Shown: positions 51,572 through 63,600, numbered from the stretch's first letter. The stretch is 64,000 nucleotides of DNA from Salisapilia sapeloensis CBS 127946 (GCA_023334545.1 JAADVB010000018.1:67233-131232); one strand, 5' to 3'. A program made the numbers and translations. Notes: generated by a model not told the origin, from the sequence alone.

Positions 51572-53063
51572 AAGAGTTTAATACAGTTGGAAGCTTTAAA
51601 TTGTGATCTGTTGTCGAAACAATGACGTATACGATCAATTACATCAAGATCTAGATGATTGTGCATACTCTTTTGTGTCGATCGTATGGACGTGTTGGTA
51701 CACTCGTGGCGCTTTTATGATTGCAGTGCGTGTAGGATGTTGCCAACTAGTATATCCAGAATAAATGACGAGTAAGAACGTTGAGGTATAAAATCAGAAG
51801 AATTGTTTCTCAATATCAGAAGGTGAGCTCAAGTCCGGACTAGCGTTGCATGTACCCGGGATCCTTTGCAGCAATTGGTGTCAGCTGTAGGCGTCGAAAG
51901 TGGCGTATGCGTATACGAAGCAGCTTCGCTAGTAAAATGAGAAACGCTACAATACCAGTGTGCTTGAAGTAGTTGAGATTTGGTGAGATGCATGCAGCGA
52001 GATACATGCGTGTTTCTTGTATATAGGTAGCTGTGCAAGGTGAGTATTTGTACAAAGTGAGGACAGGACGAAAAGGCGCGATAAGTACTGTTGATGTCTC
52101 TACGATCGTAACTGGCCACATTGCACAGATTTGGTACCGCTGTCAATTGATCCGTTCGGATAGGATTTGGCTTCAAGCGTTGGGACTAGGACTCAGTTCA
52201 GCCTCGCCTTTCTTTGATGTGCAGTCAACGATTTTGGTAAGCAAATCAAAAAGGTAATGCTCATCCCTGCCTTCAAGAAAAGAAGTAGAGCTAGCTTAAA
52301 GCCAACAGAGCAATTAATCATAGAAAATCTACTGGTAATCATTTAGTAGATGTACGTGCTGATTATATATAGAGAGTCGCTGGCTTGTATGGGGCTTGCG
52401 CACTTGAGTTCGTACCGACCAGTCCAGAAATAGCAATCTAGTTTATCTATTCAAGCAAACGGCATTCTGACTCTAGATCCAGACTACTTCGCCTCAACCG
52501 GCACGACAAAAAATATACAAACGGCTTTTCTGTACCCGACGCCTTTGAAAAGTCTACGCAACCTTTTACTAAGCACGCCGAACGTCGAGATAGAGGCAGT
52601 AGGAACGGTTACGCAAAATTATCGACATCGTACGTATCTTGCGTATGCAATGGTACCAAAATTATGCTGGGCGTGATCTTCGCACGATACCCACTGACTA
52701 CATCGTCTGAATCACATGGAAACCTGGGATAGCAAGTATGGTAGAAAAGTGGTGACTAGGTAGACGAACCAAGAAGCTTCTTCAGCCCAGTGCCACGTGC
52801 GGATCTTCGGGACACGTCCTTCCTCTAGGATCGTCCGCTTGCATGCATCAAACGGATTTTCCCTCCGAGGCGCCAGGTCCATCCGGGTCCAATCACCTGC
52901 TGATAACCGACACAATCGAACACCGGATCTGTCATTCCAGTCGGTCTAATCTATCCGGACCACATTGTTATCATTTCTAAGCCGCACTCACCTACGCACG
53001 TTTGCAGCGTTTCTAGCGACTCCACTGCACACGTAGAAGTTTTGGGAGTCGACAAAAAAAGAA

Positions 53064-55079
53064 ATGGACGTCCACGCGGTCAAGTTCCCACTCGACACCG
53101 GACGGCTGCCTCGTGTGCTCTTGAGTGCGCCGACGATTCGCAGTCTCAAGGAGACCGCCGAGCGCGAGATCGGTGATGTTCTGGAGGACCCGACGTCCTG
53201 GTACTTTCGCTTCTTCGAGTTTCGAGACATGTACAAGCAGTCTTATGACAAGAACGGCATTAAAGGGTACTCGCAAAGGAAAAAGCCCGGCACGTCCGAT
53301 TCCGTCGCTCGATTCCAGTCACTCTCGTCGTCTGGTTCCTCATTGAGCAAGACTTCAAGCGGATTCAATTCGGTCGGTGAAGTCCATGCACTATGTGAGA
53401 CTCAACTCACGTTGACAGAAAAGGACGTGATCAATGCGCTGCACTGTGAAGACACGCACCAATTGCGTATTCTAGGCTCGTACCTCTACGACGACCAATT
53501 CCTAGATGCAGCCGTCTTATGGAAAGACAAGACACATACGCCTGATGAGCATGACCCGTTCCGTTTCGCTGGCATCACCTGGTTCTGTATTGACTCGCCA
53601 GCGCTAAGTAGTGACGGTCCGCGTGATCTGATCGAGTTCCGGTATCACGTACGGACATTTGATAACGAAGGACGACGCGTCCTTGTCCGGTACGTCCGGC
53701 CGCTGGAACTGGACTTGACACAGGATCGATTTAAGGAGCACAGTCTCGGCATCGGTCGTTTCCACTTGTCCATGATGGACGTATTTCGGGAAGACAAAGG
53801 TCAGGTCGTGTATCGTGGATGCGGAACTCTGGACTGTGGCGACCCGAAAGCCATGAACCTCTTCTTCCGATCATATCAGTACATTATTCCTTTGTCGGAA
53901 CTTCGAGCGTTATCTGCTGCTGGTCTACTGCCTACTCTCGCCCAACAGGCCAACAGCAATCGTCGTACAAAGTCCAGCAAAGAGATTGCAAAGAACGCCA
54001 AGGACTGTAATGTATGCCACAAGAAGCTCGGGGGTATCCTTCGATCGAATAAGAAACCTGTCGAGTGTCTTGGATGTGAGCACGCCGTGTGTGGCAAATG
54101 TACTGCCGATGTCAAATTCGTCAGCTTATCATCCAAACGTTCTCCAGGAGACGGAGGTTACCACGTGAAGCATGAAAAGTTCTGTCTACGTTGCATCATC
54201 CAGGCACGAGACAAGCTAGGAAAGCAAGCTGCTGGTACCTTCAACCCCTCGTCAGTGTTTGACGTAGAGAAGAGTCCGTCGGCTGAAGAGAATGCATGGC
54301 CGACGCAGGAGCAATGGGAATCCCATCAACGCAATGTTTCGGCCAGCAGAAGTCTCAGTGGCAGTAACAACCAAGCTCTTGAAGCTTCTGTATCTTCTAC
54401 ATCCAGTGCAGGGTCTGTCACTGGCGGGAATAGTAAACTCTCTCTCTGGATGCCTGCTTCTCAGGGCAAGAAGAAAGATTCGCACCAAAAGTGGTCGTAC
54501 GTCAAGCCGGAGAAAACGACAGGAACTCCGACAAAACATGCTAATGGCAACACTAACTCGAGTACTCGGGTACCTAGCAACGTCAGTGCGGAACGTGGTC
54601 GCTCTAGCTCTCAAAACGATGGCACGGAGAGATCTGGATCGAGCTTATCTAAGAAGAAATCTTCAGTCGAGATCGATCCCAAGTTGAATGGCCTCGTGGC
54701 GACGAGCAAGCACAGCTATGAATCAAGTGATTCTGTGCAGGATCGACTGAACCAGCTAACTATGTCTCCAACGAACAAGAGCTCACTGCAATCGAGCGGA
54801 ACAGCATCTCCCACGAATAAGAACTCGTTACGGTCAAGTGGAGCGACGTCACCGACCTCGTCAAGAGGTGGAAGCTCATCGTCCTATGGCTCGGACACAT
54901 TCCATAAAATGAATGAATCGATTGCGGCACAAGAAGCGATGCTGAACATGCTAAAGAAGGAAACGCAGCGGTACATGGGCGGTTCGCGTGGACGTGGCGA
55001 AAGCAGAACGACTGGCGATCCGATGATCACGCATGCGGTCCAGGAAAGCACGATGGACCGATTTGAAGAGCTCGATTAA
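53064..55079 (+). CDS. Oomycete-type START-like + degenerate FYVE zinc-finger protein with Ser-rich tail
   Basis: START-like segment with FLDAAVL, DPFRFAGITW, RDL; Zn-finger CNVC...CLGC...CGKC...CLRC. Confidence 0.7.
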   Translation: MDVHAVKFPLDTGRLPRVLLSAPTIRSLKETAEREIGDVLEDPTSWYFRFFEFRDMYKQSYDKNGIKGYSQRKKPGTSDSVARFQSLSSSGSSLSKTSSGFNSVGEVHALCETQLTLTEKDVINALHCEDTHQLRILGSYLYDDQFLDAAVLWKDKTHTPDEHDPFRFAGITWFCIDSPALSSDGPRDLIEFRYHVRTFDNEGRRVLVRYVRPLELDLTQDRFKEHSLGIGRFHLSMMDVFREDKGQVVYRGCGTLDCGDPKAMNLFFRSYQYIIPLSELRALSAAGLLPTLAQQANSNRRTKSSKEIAKNAKDCNVCHKKLGGILRSNKKPVECLGCEHAVCGKCTADVKFVSLSSKRSPGDGGYHVKHEKFCLRCIIQARDKLGKQAAGTFNPSSVFDVEKSPSAEENAWPTQEQWESHQRNVSASRSLSGSNNQALEASVSSTSSAGSVTGGNSKLSLWMPASQGKKKDSHQKWSYVKPEKTTGTPTKHANGNTNSSTRVPSNVSAERGRSSSQNDGTERSGSSLSKKKSSVEIDPKLNGLVATSKHSYESSDSVQDRLNQLTMSPTNKSSLQSSGTASPTNKNSLRSSGATSPTSSRGGSSSSYGSDTFHKMNESIAAQEAMLNMLKKETQRYMGGSRGRGESRTTGDPMITHAVQESTMDRFEELD

Positions 55080-55178
55080 GAGTTGTGCATCTTGAGTAGT
55101 GTGAATTGCTTTTAGGAAATAAAAAAACATAATGTCTTTTTGACATTTTATATATATGGAATACGCTCTACATGTAAA

Positions 55179-57068
55179 TTAATCATCGATCGTTTCGATG
55201 TCAGTGTTCAAGTGTGCTCGAGTCTTTTGCGCCATCATTCGTCGAAGGAGACGTTCTTGAGCTGAAAGCGCTTCTTGTACTCGGATGAACGACGACGGCA
55301 TGAAATTCTCTTTGTCACTCGATTGTTCATATAGCACGGTGTGGTTTTCCGGTCGACTCCATTCGTCCGAAGTCGACTTGAGGTTTCGATATCGCATTGC
55401 CATGGATTGGGACAAGTGGAAGGTAGCTAGCTCTTCATCGGGTGTAGTGGACGATACATCTGGACTGGCAAATGATGTTGTAGTCGATTGCGTCTCGTAT
55501 TGGATGGAATCCACGTCGGAGTAGATTGAGGTAGTCGAGGCCACGGTGCTGTGAGTCGTAGCCGACGGAACACGACATTTTTTCTGAGGTTGGCAATTCG
55601 AGTCAATCGACAACGATGCGTTACTTTCCACTATGAACGGTTCGCAACTGTCCGAGCTACTACTGAAGGACTGTTCACTCGATAGCATCGACAGCGACTC
55701 TAATTTCGGTAGCTCTGGCATTCCTTGTGTCAGAAGCTTTATCCGAAAGTCCTGAATACATTGCACGCAAAACTTTTCCCTCACAGCGACATCCGTGTTT
55801 CCGTGTCTGGATGGCAAAGGCCGTTTGGACTCTGGTAAAAGGTGTGTCTGGATTCCCAGATCCACGCTGCAGCTTTGGCACATGAGGTCGGCACAAGCAG
55901 AACAGTTGTGTCGCGGACGGAGGCGGACGAAAGCCAACAAACAGACTTTGCACACAGGTCTACTGTTCGGAGCCTTGAACGGTCGATCCGTGATGTACTC
56001 CTTGGCCATGATATACCTCGCATCAGAAGCAGTGCCGAGTCTGGATGCGTACATGGCAAAGGCTGATTCGATACGGTCACCTAGCCAGTTCGGTGTATGC
56101 ACTGCGTCTCCTCGGAAATGTAGTGACATTTTGATCGTGGAATCGAGCACATGAGTTTTGTCCGTCGGAGTAAAAAGTTGTAGATACTTCAAGTCTGGTT
56201 TCGCGAACTTGAATGGAGTGGGTGTGCACGTGGGATAGTCGTCGAGATCAATAGATGTCATAGATCTGGCAATGATCGTCCGACCACGAGGACTGACGAT
56301 TTTCTGACAAACGTCCAAATAGACAATTTCGATGCGAGTGGAAACGTTGGCATCGACTGTCCATTGCAAAGCCATCCACTTGACCATGCAAAAGTCAAAG
56401 GGAGATTCATCTGTCGGAGCTTGGTGCACTTGAAGAACGGCAGCGTCCAAGAAGCTGGATTCAAACAGATGTGCAAGAGAGCAACGCAATGTATCCGTGG
56501 TGTCTGCATTAATACCCCACGCGAGGCGTTTCATGTCTGTACGAACTGAGCATCGGATGCGCATCTCTTCAAACGGACTGACTTTGGACTTGAGTCGATG
56601 CACTGTGATGTTTGTCTTCTTGTCAGTCAGTTTCTTCCACTGGTAACCTCGAGGCACGGGGGAAGCTCTTGTCGGGTCTTTTGCCCAGATATGATCGTTT
56701 GAGGACGCTTGTCGAAGTTGGTCGAGAGCATTTGTTTGGAAAGTTTCGATCACTCTTGGAGGAAGATTTAAGACCGGGAGATTCTTCCGAGAGTGGAGTG
56801 GAAACCGAAATGCTTTTCCCGTGTCGAGCACCTTGATGATACGTCCAGTCGTCGGTTTCGTCCGACGGCCGAGCCGATGACTTGTTGACGCTCCCGAGGA
56901 TCCAGTAGAGTGCTTGCTCGCATAAGACTTTTCCATGTGATCTGGAATAAAGGAGGGCGCTCGGACACTAAAGATGGCGCTTGCTCGAGCGCTGTAGGTG
57001 CTTCCGCTGCTGCTGCTACTATTGGAATGCTTTCGTTCCATTATAATCGAGGGCACCGGCGATCTCAT
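55179..57068 (-). CDS. Oomycete-type START-like + FYVE zinc-finger protein (paralog of 53064-55079)
   Basis: FLDAAVL, PFDFCMVKW; CKVC...RHNCSAC...CQSC...FCVQC; both paralogs end with a similar helix (SIAAQEAMLNML / ALSAQERLLRRM). Confidence 0.72.
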   Translation of the reverse strand: MRSPVPSIIMERKHSNSSSSSGSTYSARASAIFSVRAPSFIPDHMEKSYASKHSTGSSGASTSHRLGRRTKPTTGRIIKVLDTGKAFRFPLHSRKNLPVLNLPPRVIETFQTNALDQLRQASSNDHIWAKDPTRASPVPRGYQWKKLTDKKTNITVHRLKSKVSPFEEMRIRCSVRTDMKRLAWGINADTTDTLRCSLAHLFESSFLDAAVLQVHQAPTDESPFDFCMVKWMALQWTVDANVSTRIEIVYLDVCQKIVSPRGRTIIARSMTSIDLDDYPTCTPTPFKFAKPDLKYLQLFTPTDKTHVLDSTIKMSLHFRGDAVHTPNWLGDRIESAFAMYASRLGTASDARYIMAKEYITDRPFKAPNSRPVCKVCLLAFVRLRPRHNCSACADLMCQSCSVDLGIQTHLLPESKRPLPSRHGNTDVAVREKFCVQCIQDFRIKLLTQGMPELPKLESLSMLSSEQSFSSSSDSCEPFIVESNASLSIDSNCQPQKKCRVPSATTHSTVASTTSIYSDVDSIQYETQSTTTSFASPDVSSTTPDEELATFHLSQSMAMRYRNLKSTSDEWSRPENHTVLYEQSSDKENFMPSSFIRVQEALSAQERLLRRMMAQKTRAHLNTDIETIDD

Positions 57069-57601
57069 GCAAAATGAAGAATGAGCGTTCGCACGCTAAT
57101 CAGTCTCTACACAGGTGATTCGCAGACCTATCGCTCTCTGTTTGCGTTGAGTTTGTTACACGTCAGCTGGCCAATAGCACCACCTAAGTCTTTTCCCATC
57201 CATCATAGCCTGGACGGTCGTGCGAATCAAGTGCCGAGAATTTAACTATCAGACCAGAAACTTGGTGGACCTGCGCACGCCCATAGAGTATGCGAAGATA
57301 TGTATCCAAATTCGATGGCTTGATGGGATTCTGCTAATGCTAGAAACCATTTGGTAACCCAGGACAGATTATAGTACCGCTTGGGTATCTTATCTGTCTA
57401 ATCCGCTTGACTGCTTTGTCCATTTCAACGACTTAATGATCTTATCTATCTAGTCGGAAATTTCTTCCATCTAGGCTTGGACTGTGGAGAAGATCTAAGC
57501 TTGAAGGATGGAGAAGAGAAGAATTATGGGATCAGAAGCTACTCCATAGTTGGGTCTGACTGATCCTAGAAAGTCAAAGGAAGATGGGCACAAATGTAAC
57601 A

Positions 57602-58156
57602 TTATACAGTCAAGTTGAGTATAGGCTCTTTCGTGATTGACGTTTCGTCCATGTGCAGCATTCGTGGCTCTGGTCGAAAAGAGAGACCGTGACGTCGTAA
57701 AAATCCCTCTCGCCATGTACCCGAGGCGCCGAAAGCGGAGCGGGAGAAGCCTCTCTTCGCAGCGATTTCCAATGCTTTCGCACTTAATTGAGCGGGCGAT
57801 ACATTATCACCAGCCGCATGGCGCTCTTGAATCCACTTGACCAATGCGTTTTCATCCTCATCACTTAATGTCTTGCCGTCGCCGAGTCGTCGCATACGCA
57901 ATAGCCGGGCAGACTTGACAGTGCCACACATTGCCATGATCCGGTCTTTGTCCTTAACCCATCGGTAGATCGCTCGTTTCTTATTCCGCCTCGCTTGGTC
58001 ACTCAGGTCATCGTAAAAGTGATCCACTGTTTGGGTAATGTCTCGACACTCTTCCAGGTACTCGATCACGGCTCGACGATGTTCAAACGATGTAGACGGG
58101 CGCAGGAACCGCGTGGCCTTCTTCCCTTCACTCGCCTCCGTCGTCCTTCCACGCAT
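57602..58156 (-). CDS. Pogo/Tigger-derived DNA-binding protein (N-terminal HTH + CENP-B/Tc5 HTH), no DDE domain
   Basis: RRAVIEY...KKRAIYRWVKDK...R.R..G.GKTLS.EDENALVKWI...G..VS...L.AKALEIA...F.AS..W..GFLRRHGLS is the pogo transposase N-terminus. The ORF stops about 20 aa later and no TIR pair was found. Confidence 0.72.
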   Translation of the reverse strand: MRGRTTEASEGKKATRFLRPSTSFEHRRAVIEYLEECRDITQTVDHFYDDLSDQARRNKKRAIYRWVKDKDRIMAMCGTVKSARLLRMRRLGDGKTLSDEDENALVKWIQERHAAGDNVSPAQLSAKALEIAAKRGFSRSAFGASGTWREGFLRRHGLSFRPEPRMLHMDETSITKEPILNLTV

Positions 58157-58414
58157 TTTGTGTTCTTTCTGAGTACGCAAGTGGAAGCTGATTGGTTTGA
58201 TTAGATACCTTTCTTAAACTTGCCAATCAAGGTGGATAATCATACCAGTTTAGTAGATGATAATTGCATACAAAGAGCAAGATACACTAAAAGCTACTTT
58301 ACGAGACACGAAACCCATCACGACGTTATCTTCTCATGCGTCCGATCGAGGACCTTTCATTCCATCCACTTTATCTATAACCTTGTGCCTTGTAAAGGCT
58401 TATTTGCCATTCTA

Positions 58415-60688
58415 ATGCAACATCCCAATCCATCTCTTGGGCATATGCACGAAGATGAAGAAGAAAATGAACCGAACCTTTCGTATTTCCTACCAAATGG
58501 CATCACAGAGGACTCGCCACCCAAGCCAAGTACTCGACTTTCCGAACCTAGTTTCGGTCCAATCGGTGGTCGTGCATCTTGGAATCAACCATCGAATGGC
58601 ACTACACAAAGCATGCATCTCCTTGATGAAGGCTTTTCGTCCTTTCGACTACATCCAGAGTCCCATCCGAATCAATTCTTTCTTCCATCACCTACTTCCA
58701 CCTCATACGGGTACCAAGGCCAACGTCCTCCAACCTCTAGATTCTTTCCTGACCGCAGACAAGTTGATCCGCCTCTTCACGATACTTACCAGTCTCCTGC
58801 CTTTGCATCATCATCTTCCTATCGTTCTACAGTGGCTTCAGAAGCGATTCCTACCTACCTACCATCGTCTCGATCTTCTATGGCGTCGTTCTCGCCTAAT
58901 GCTAACTGGAACGCGCAGGCTTTATCAACTGGTGAGAAGAAAAAGGTGCTCCAAGCACCTCCAGGGCTTGGTGATGACGCCGATGAGCCGCCATTCACCG
59001 ATCAAAAGCTTCCATCGTTCACTTCAAGTGGATTCGACACTTTGAATAATGCACAGTCACCACCACTTGCTGAAACAAGTGCGAAAAATGACTTTAATGG
59101 TTTCAATTCGCCCTTATCTAGCCTCACGCTTCCTTTTGATACCACTCCGTCGCTTGCTTCTTCACCAGAATCCAAACTAGCAGAGCTAAACAGTAGTTCT
59201 GTACCTATAGACTCTCCTGTGGAGATACCAACATCCAAGGAATCACCACCACAGACACCAACTCCCAAGGAGTCGACACCACAGATACCTACAGCCATCA
59301 CACCATCTCCACAGACTCCTATAGCCAATAATTCATCACCAGAGATTCCGGGGGAGGAAGAATGTCCTTCCTCGTATAGCACTCCAAAGAAACCAACTCC
59401 AGTGACATCTGAGCCAGTGAAGAGCACGCCTAGTCCAGGATCTTGTGACGAAAAGAGCTCTCCTGACAGTTCTTGGGTGACAGTAAAACACCAGACTCGT
59501 GATCGACCTCGACGACGCAAACTGCATGAAGTGGCAGATCGCACGAGCTCAGAGGAAAAGACTCCTGTCATCTCGGAACCGACACCAGTGGATAAATCGT
59601 ATCCAGACCCACCACCCAAGAAGAGTAGCTCTAACTCGGATAAGAGTGAATCCAGTGATGACGTTATTCAGACGCAAGTCAAGCCGGAGGTAAAGTCAAA
59701 ACCTAGTGAACGAAAGATTAAACAAAAGAAAAAGGAGCGAAAGAAGGGAAGGAAGAAGAAAATGGTGGATGAAGAATCTGTCTTGGAAGAGTTTGCCATG
59801 GAAACAGCGGCCGAGTCGACACCTCTGTCAGAAAAGAGTAAAGCAGCTGCCTTGTCGTGTCTTGATGGCCTCTACGCGCTACTTTTCAGTCTCTACACGA
59901 CTTTTAAAGGCGCTCGAGTCGCCTGTCAACGAGCTTGGACATGGCTGTCGAGACGAATGCAGCTGACATCCTACTGCCTCACAGTGTTTTCCCACGTCGA
60001 GTCGGTCATGGCCGTCGTATTTAGCGTCGTTCTTCTCGTATCTCTCCATGGAGCGTCCTGGTTCATCCGCGTTCATCGTGTTGCCTTCCGAGCTGTCTTG
60101 ACCCATCGTCATATTGGTTTCTGCTTTGCTTTCATGTACGCTTTTCCGTTGCTCGTCCAGTACGTCTTCCCGTGGGCACCTCCATGGGCACCAGTGTGTC
60201 TCTGGTACGCATTCCTCGTGCAACTCTTCTGTACTGGCGGTTCGTCTGCCATGACCACTACATTCCGAGTTTTGCTACCTCTAGTCTTTGTGGTTGAAGG
60301 CATCTCGTACCATTCCTTTTTGCTCGATCTAAATGGGGCAGAGCTCTTGTTGGCAGCGTTTATCTTGTCAGCTTTGAAGACGAGTACACTCAGCAGTCCA
60401 ATCTTCTTTCTGTCCTTGGCGGCACAATGCCTCTCGGTGGTCTTCCTCGGGTCTGACTTGTTGGTCCAGTGGTTTCAATCGACCTTGGCGCTGTACTCCT
60501 TGCATTGCATGGCATCGGAAGAAGAGTGGGGAGGAGTGGAAGACGAGGACGGAGTGTTGCCTTCGATGGGCCTTCCTTCCGTTGCTGAGTATTCGCATCA
60601 GACAATGCCCACAGCATCTGCAGTTCAGAAGAACAAGAAGGTGGATAAGAGAGCGCTGGCTTATGTCCGTGGACGGAAGCTTCATTGA
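58415..60688 (+). CDS. Hypothetical protein: long Ser/Pro-rich disordered N-terminus, Lys-rich segment, C-terminal multi-pass membrane domain (about 757 aa)
   Basis: 2.3-kb open frame; several hydrophobic helices in the last roughly 250 aa; no family recognised. Confidence 0.75.
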   Translation: MQHPNPSLGHMHEDEEENEPNLSYFLPNGITEDSPPKPSTRLSEPSFGPIGGRASWNQPSNGTTQSMHLLDEGFSSFRLHPESHPNQFFLPSPTSTSYGYQGQRPPTSRFFPDRRQVDPPLHDTYQSPAFASSSSYRSTVASEAIPTYLPSSRSSMASFSPNANWNAQALSTGEKKKVLQAPPGLGDDADEPPFTDQKLPSFTSSGFDTLNNAQSPPLAETSAKNDFNGFNSPLSSLTLPFDTTPSLASSPESKLAELNSSSVPIDSPVEIPTSKESPPQTPTPKESTPQIPTAITPSPQTPIANNSSPEIPGEEECPSSYSTPKKPTPVTSEPVKSTPSPGSCDEKSSPDSSWVTVKHQTRDRPRRRKLHEVADRTSSEEKTPVISEPTPVDKSYPDPPPKKSSSNSDKSESSDDVIQTQVKPEVKSKPSERKIKQKKKERKKGRKKKMVDEESVLEEFAMETAAESTPLSEKSKAAALSCLDGLYALLFSLYTTFKGARVACQRAWTWLSRRMQLTSYCLTVFSHVESVMAVVFSVVLLVSLHGASWFIRVHRVAFRAVLTHRHIGFCFAFMYAFPLLVQYVFPWAPPWAPVCLWYAFLVQLFCTGGSSAMTTTFRVLLPLVFVVEGISYHSFLLDLNGAELLLAAFILSALKTSTLSSPIFFLSLAAQCLSVVFLGSDLLVQWFQSTLALYSLHCMASEEEWGGVEDEDGVLPSMGLPSVAEYSHQTMPTASAVQKNKKVDKRALAYVRGRKLH

Positions 60689-63600
60689 CATGTACATTTG
60701 CTGTAAGCATTTTAGATAAGTAAAGCTCATGAGGATCTTTGAGCTGGTGCATCTGTAAATGAGAATACAAAGGCATTTCGCAGTGGAGATTTCCGTCTTT
60801 ACTCATATTGCACCCTGTGACCTACGCAAAACCACGCGTTATCGTTATTCTTTTCGGATTGCTATTCATTCGCCACTAACCTTTAGCTATATTTCTACTC
60901 GTTCTTGCTTCGTCTAAAATGTAAACGTAGTTTATCATTTGACTGTGGCGACTAAGCTTATGGAAATGCAATGCCAGTTCTGTCGGACTAAGATTGTAAG
61001 TTGCCATGGGATATAGAGTAGGCTCGACTGCTGTGTCTTTAGTCTTGGCTGATGATGTCTATCTCAGCCTAGTTACTTTAAGACTTGAGCTCAGCTCTGA
61101 AGATGACGGAGTGAACAGTTCAGGAGCAAGGATGTGAAGGACTGTACTTTGATTTGACCAAGTGTATCCAGCTTTGTTGGCTACCTATAAAAGATAGAAA
61201 TAAACTTTACAAATAATTTTGCATGTTTGGATAAGGTAGGAATGGTATTCTAGTGCAGATGATACACGAGCCTGGTTGCTTTAGACTATGCTAGTACTAT
61301 TTAAGGCGATGAGCTGATGCCTTTGGTTTGTGGAGACATTTGGAAAAGGATACCACAGGTACGCCAAGAGGAAGATAATTACAGCGATAATGGAAGCCAA
61401 GGAGCTTGAGTTGGTAGCGTCTGAGTAGATGATGGCCAGCAAAGCTTAAACACAGAGAATAATACATATCACGGCTCCAATAACATGAAAGAACGTTGAT
61501 AGGAGCGCTCTATTTCCGCTTCACTGATCTGCAGCGCGATGAACGAAGGCAGTTTTAGTACTTACGACACGAAAGTTTCATGGAGTGACGAATTTGCAAA
61601 CGCAGATCCGAGACGAATATCTTGAGCAAAATAATGAACCCATGGAGCCAATGGTGATGGTTAAAAACGATGAAACCTGCATATGATACATCTTTCTTCG
61701 GTACATCTAATAAGGAAGTTCAAAAGTGGACGGCGGTCTTTACGAAGACAGAAAGCAGCATATCAATAGAATGAGAGACCGAGCACTTCATGTAGACGTA
61801 GTAAACCGTACTTTGTATGGGTAGCATTATCGAATTGTCCAACGGTAACATCGATTTAAAGGAATCCAAAAGAGATGACGCAGAATTTACAAAGACCGGA
61901 GTGCTGGATTCGGGCATCGAGTCTTTCAACACAACTAATAGGACAATGGCCACGATTGAACCTGTGAAGTTAATAGCACCTCGTGGAAATTCGTTTCATG
62001 AGACCATCACTTTATCAACGCTATCGTACGACTCAGCAGTGTGAGCGTAGAGCTAGGGAATAAAAGGAGAAACTTTTATAATACTCGGAAACCGATGTGG
62101 AAACTTCGAAATATGGTGAGCTACCCAATCCTCATATGGGATCTAATAGGAAGAACCAACGTACGATACACGAATAAATGGGAGTGTTAACACATTGACA
62201 ATGAAACCTTTGCGGAACGAAAACTTCGCGCAAATGAATTTGAGTCTAACATTAACACTGTGCATAGCAAGCGCTAAGAAACAGACCCAATAGCCATCAA
62301 AGTCGAGAATGATAAAGCAGTTCGAGCTTACGAGCATCAAAAGACAACCACCATGAAGATGATCTTAAGACACTCAGCGAAACCAGCCAGACAAGCGGCG
62401 CGACTACCAATACCTTGGAAGTCAAAAATCATAAAGGCTTTCTCCTTTTGGATACATGGCCGACAACTCGGTGATCGAAGACGAAAGCAGGACATACAGC
62501 ACAGTGGGAAGGCAAGGACGATAAAGAGTCCCTTGAACCGTGATGCAAATGCCACCTCCCAATCGAATAGTTTCATCGTGATGATAGTACCTCCGGCCTG
62601 TATCCACAGTTCGGCAGGGTGTGCGAACCTTGATGTACCATCGAGCATGTCTTGCATGTAGGGAGTAAATCTGCTTGTGGTAACGCCTTTTCGCCTGATA
62701 ATGTGCATCTAAACCGATTATACCCCTTCGACTATCCCTGCATTGTAGTCTCTGACATCGAGATGACTCATGTTGTCATCCTTTAATCCACACAGTCCAT
62801 GTGGATACTTGTGAATGTCGTGAAAGCGGGTAAAGGATATTTGGAAGTTCAACAAGGTAGAGAATATCAACGTGAAAGGACAAGCATAACGAAAAGGTGA
62901 AAATGGTAGCAAATCACCAACCAATGAGTTGAGATCGCCGCACAAGAGAATTCAACATAGCTGCACACGTCTTGATATTAGCTCCCGTGCATGTTTCATT
63001 TGCGCGCGAGGTGCAGGAGTTTGGCGGTTTTATGGCAAAGCAAGATCATATCTGAAGAGGAAATTATATCTGAAGAGTCTGTAGCTATAAGTATCTGCCT
63101 AAATTGTGTGTACTGTATTGCTCGCGTGCTTTTTGTGGTCTTACCATCCTTTGTAGACTCCTTTCCTTTCATAATATTGCTATATCATTTATGGGTTTGA
63201 TTTACATGCCATGTCTTGATCGACTATATACAATAGCTACATCAACTTATGGAAACTTCCCTTCTAGATTATGGATATTATCTTATCGCAAAGTGATGCC
63301 CTAACCTACTAGACCGGATCGATAGTCAGTCTGTTTGTTATAATTTGAGCTTACATGGTATATCAAGTAGCGTGTCAGTATGCTCGTAGGTCAGATACGT
63401 GCACACAATATACAGCTTTTACACATCAGCGTGGTCCGAGGTCAGGTACTTACTCATATTATAAAACTTCAATCTTATTGGGCTACTCATTGCCGAAGAT
63501 TCAGCCCTAACATTCTCTCTACTTCTTACATCGCCCTCTCTGCATCCTCCGAGTACTTCGTCGTTTGACTGTGTTGAGTAATTTGATGGAGATGATGTGC

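Noticed and set aside
51575-52121. Hydrophobic minus-strand frame faintly resembling a Frag1/DRAM-type membrane protein pseudogene
   Set aside because: About six stops in about 180 codons is not clearly below chance, and only one short motif aligns.
52559-52575. CCTTTTACTAA resembling U5 snRNA loop 1
   Set aside because: No flanking complementary stem and no Sm site; no other snRNA or tRNA signatures were seen.
57604-57615. TA+CAGT at the end of the pogo-like ORF as a possible terminal inverted repeat
   Set aside because: No matching inverted copy on the other side of the ORF.
61130-61690. Plus-strand frame with ankyrin/IQ-like fragments (FPLH*SAAR)
   Set aside because: Stop frequency about equals random expectation and the motif similarity is too short.
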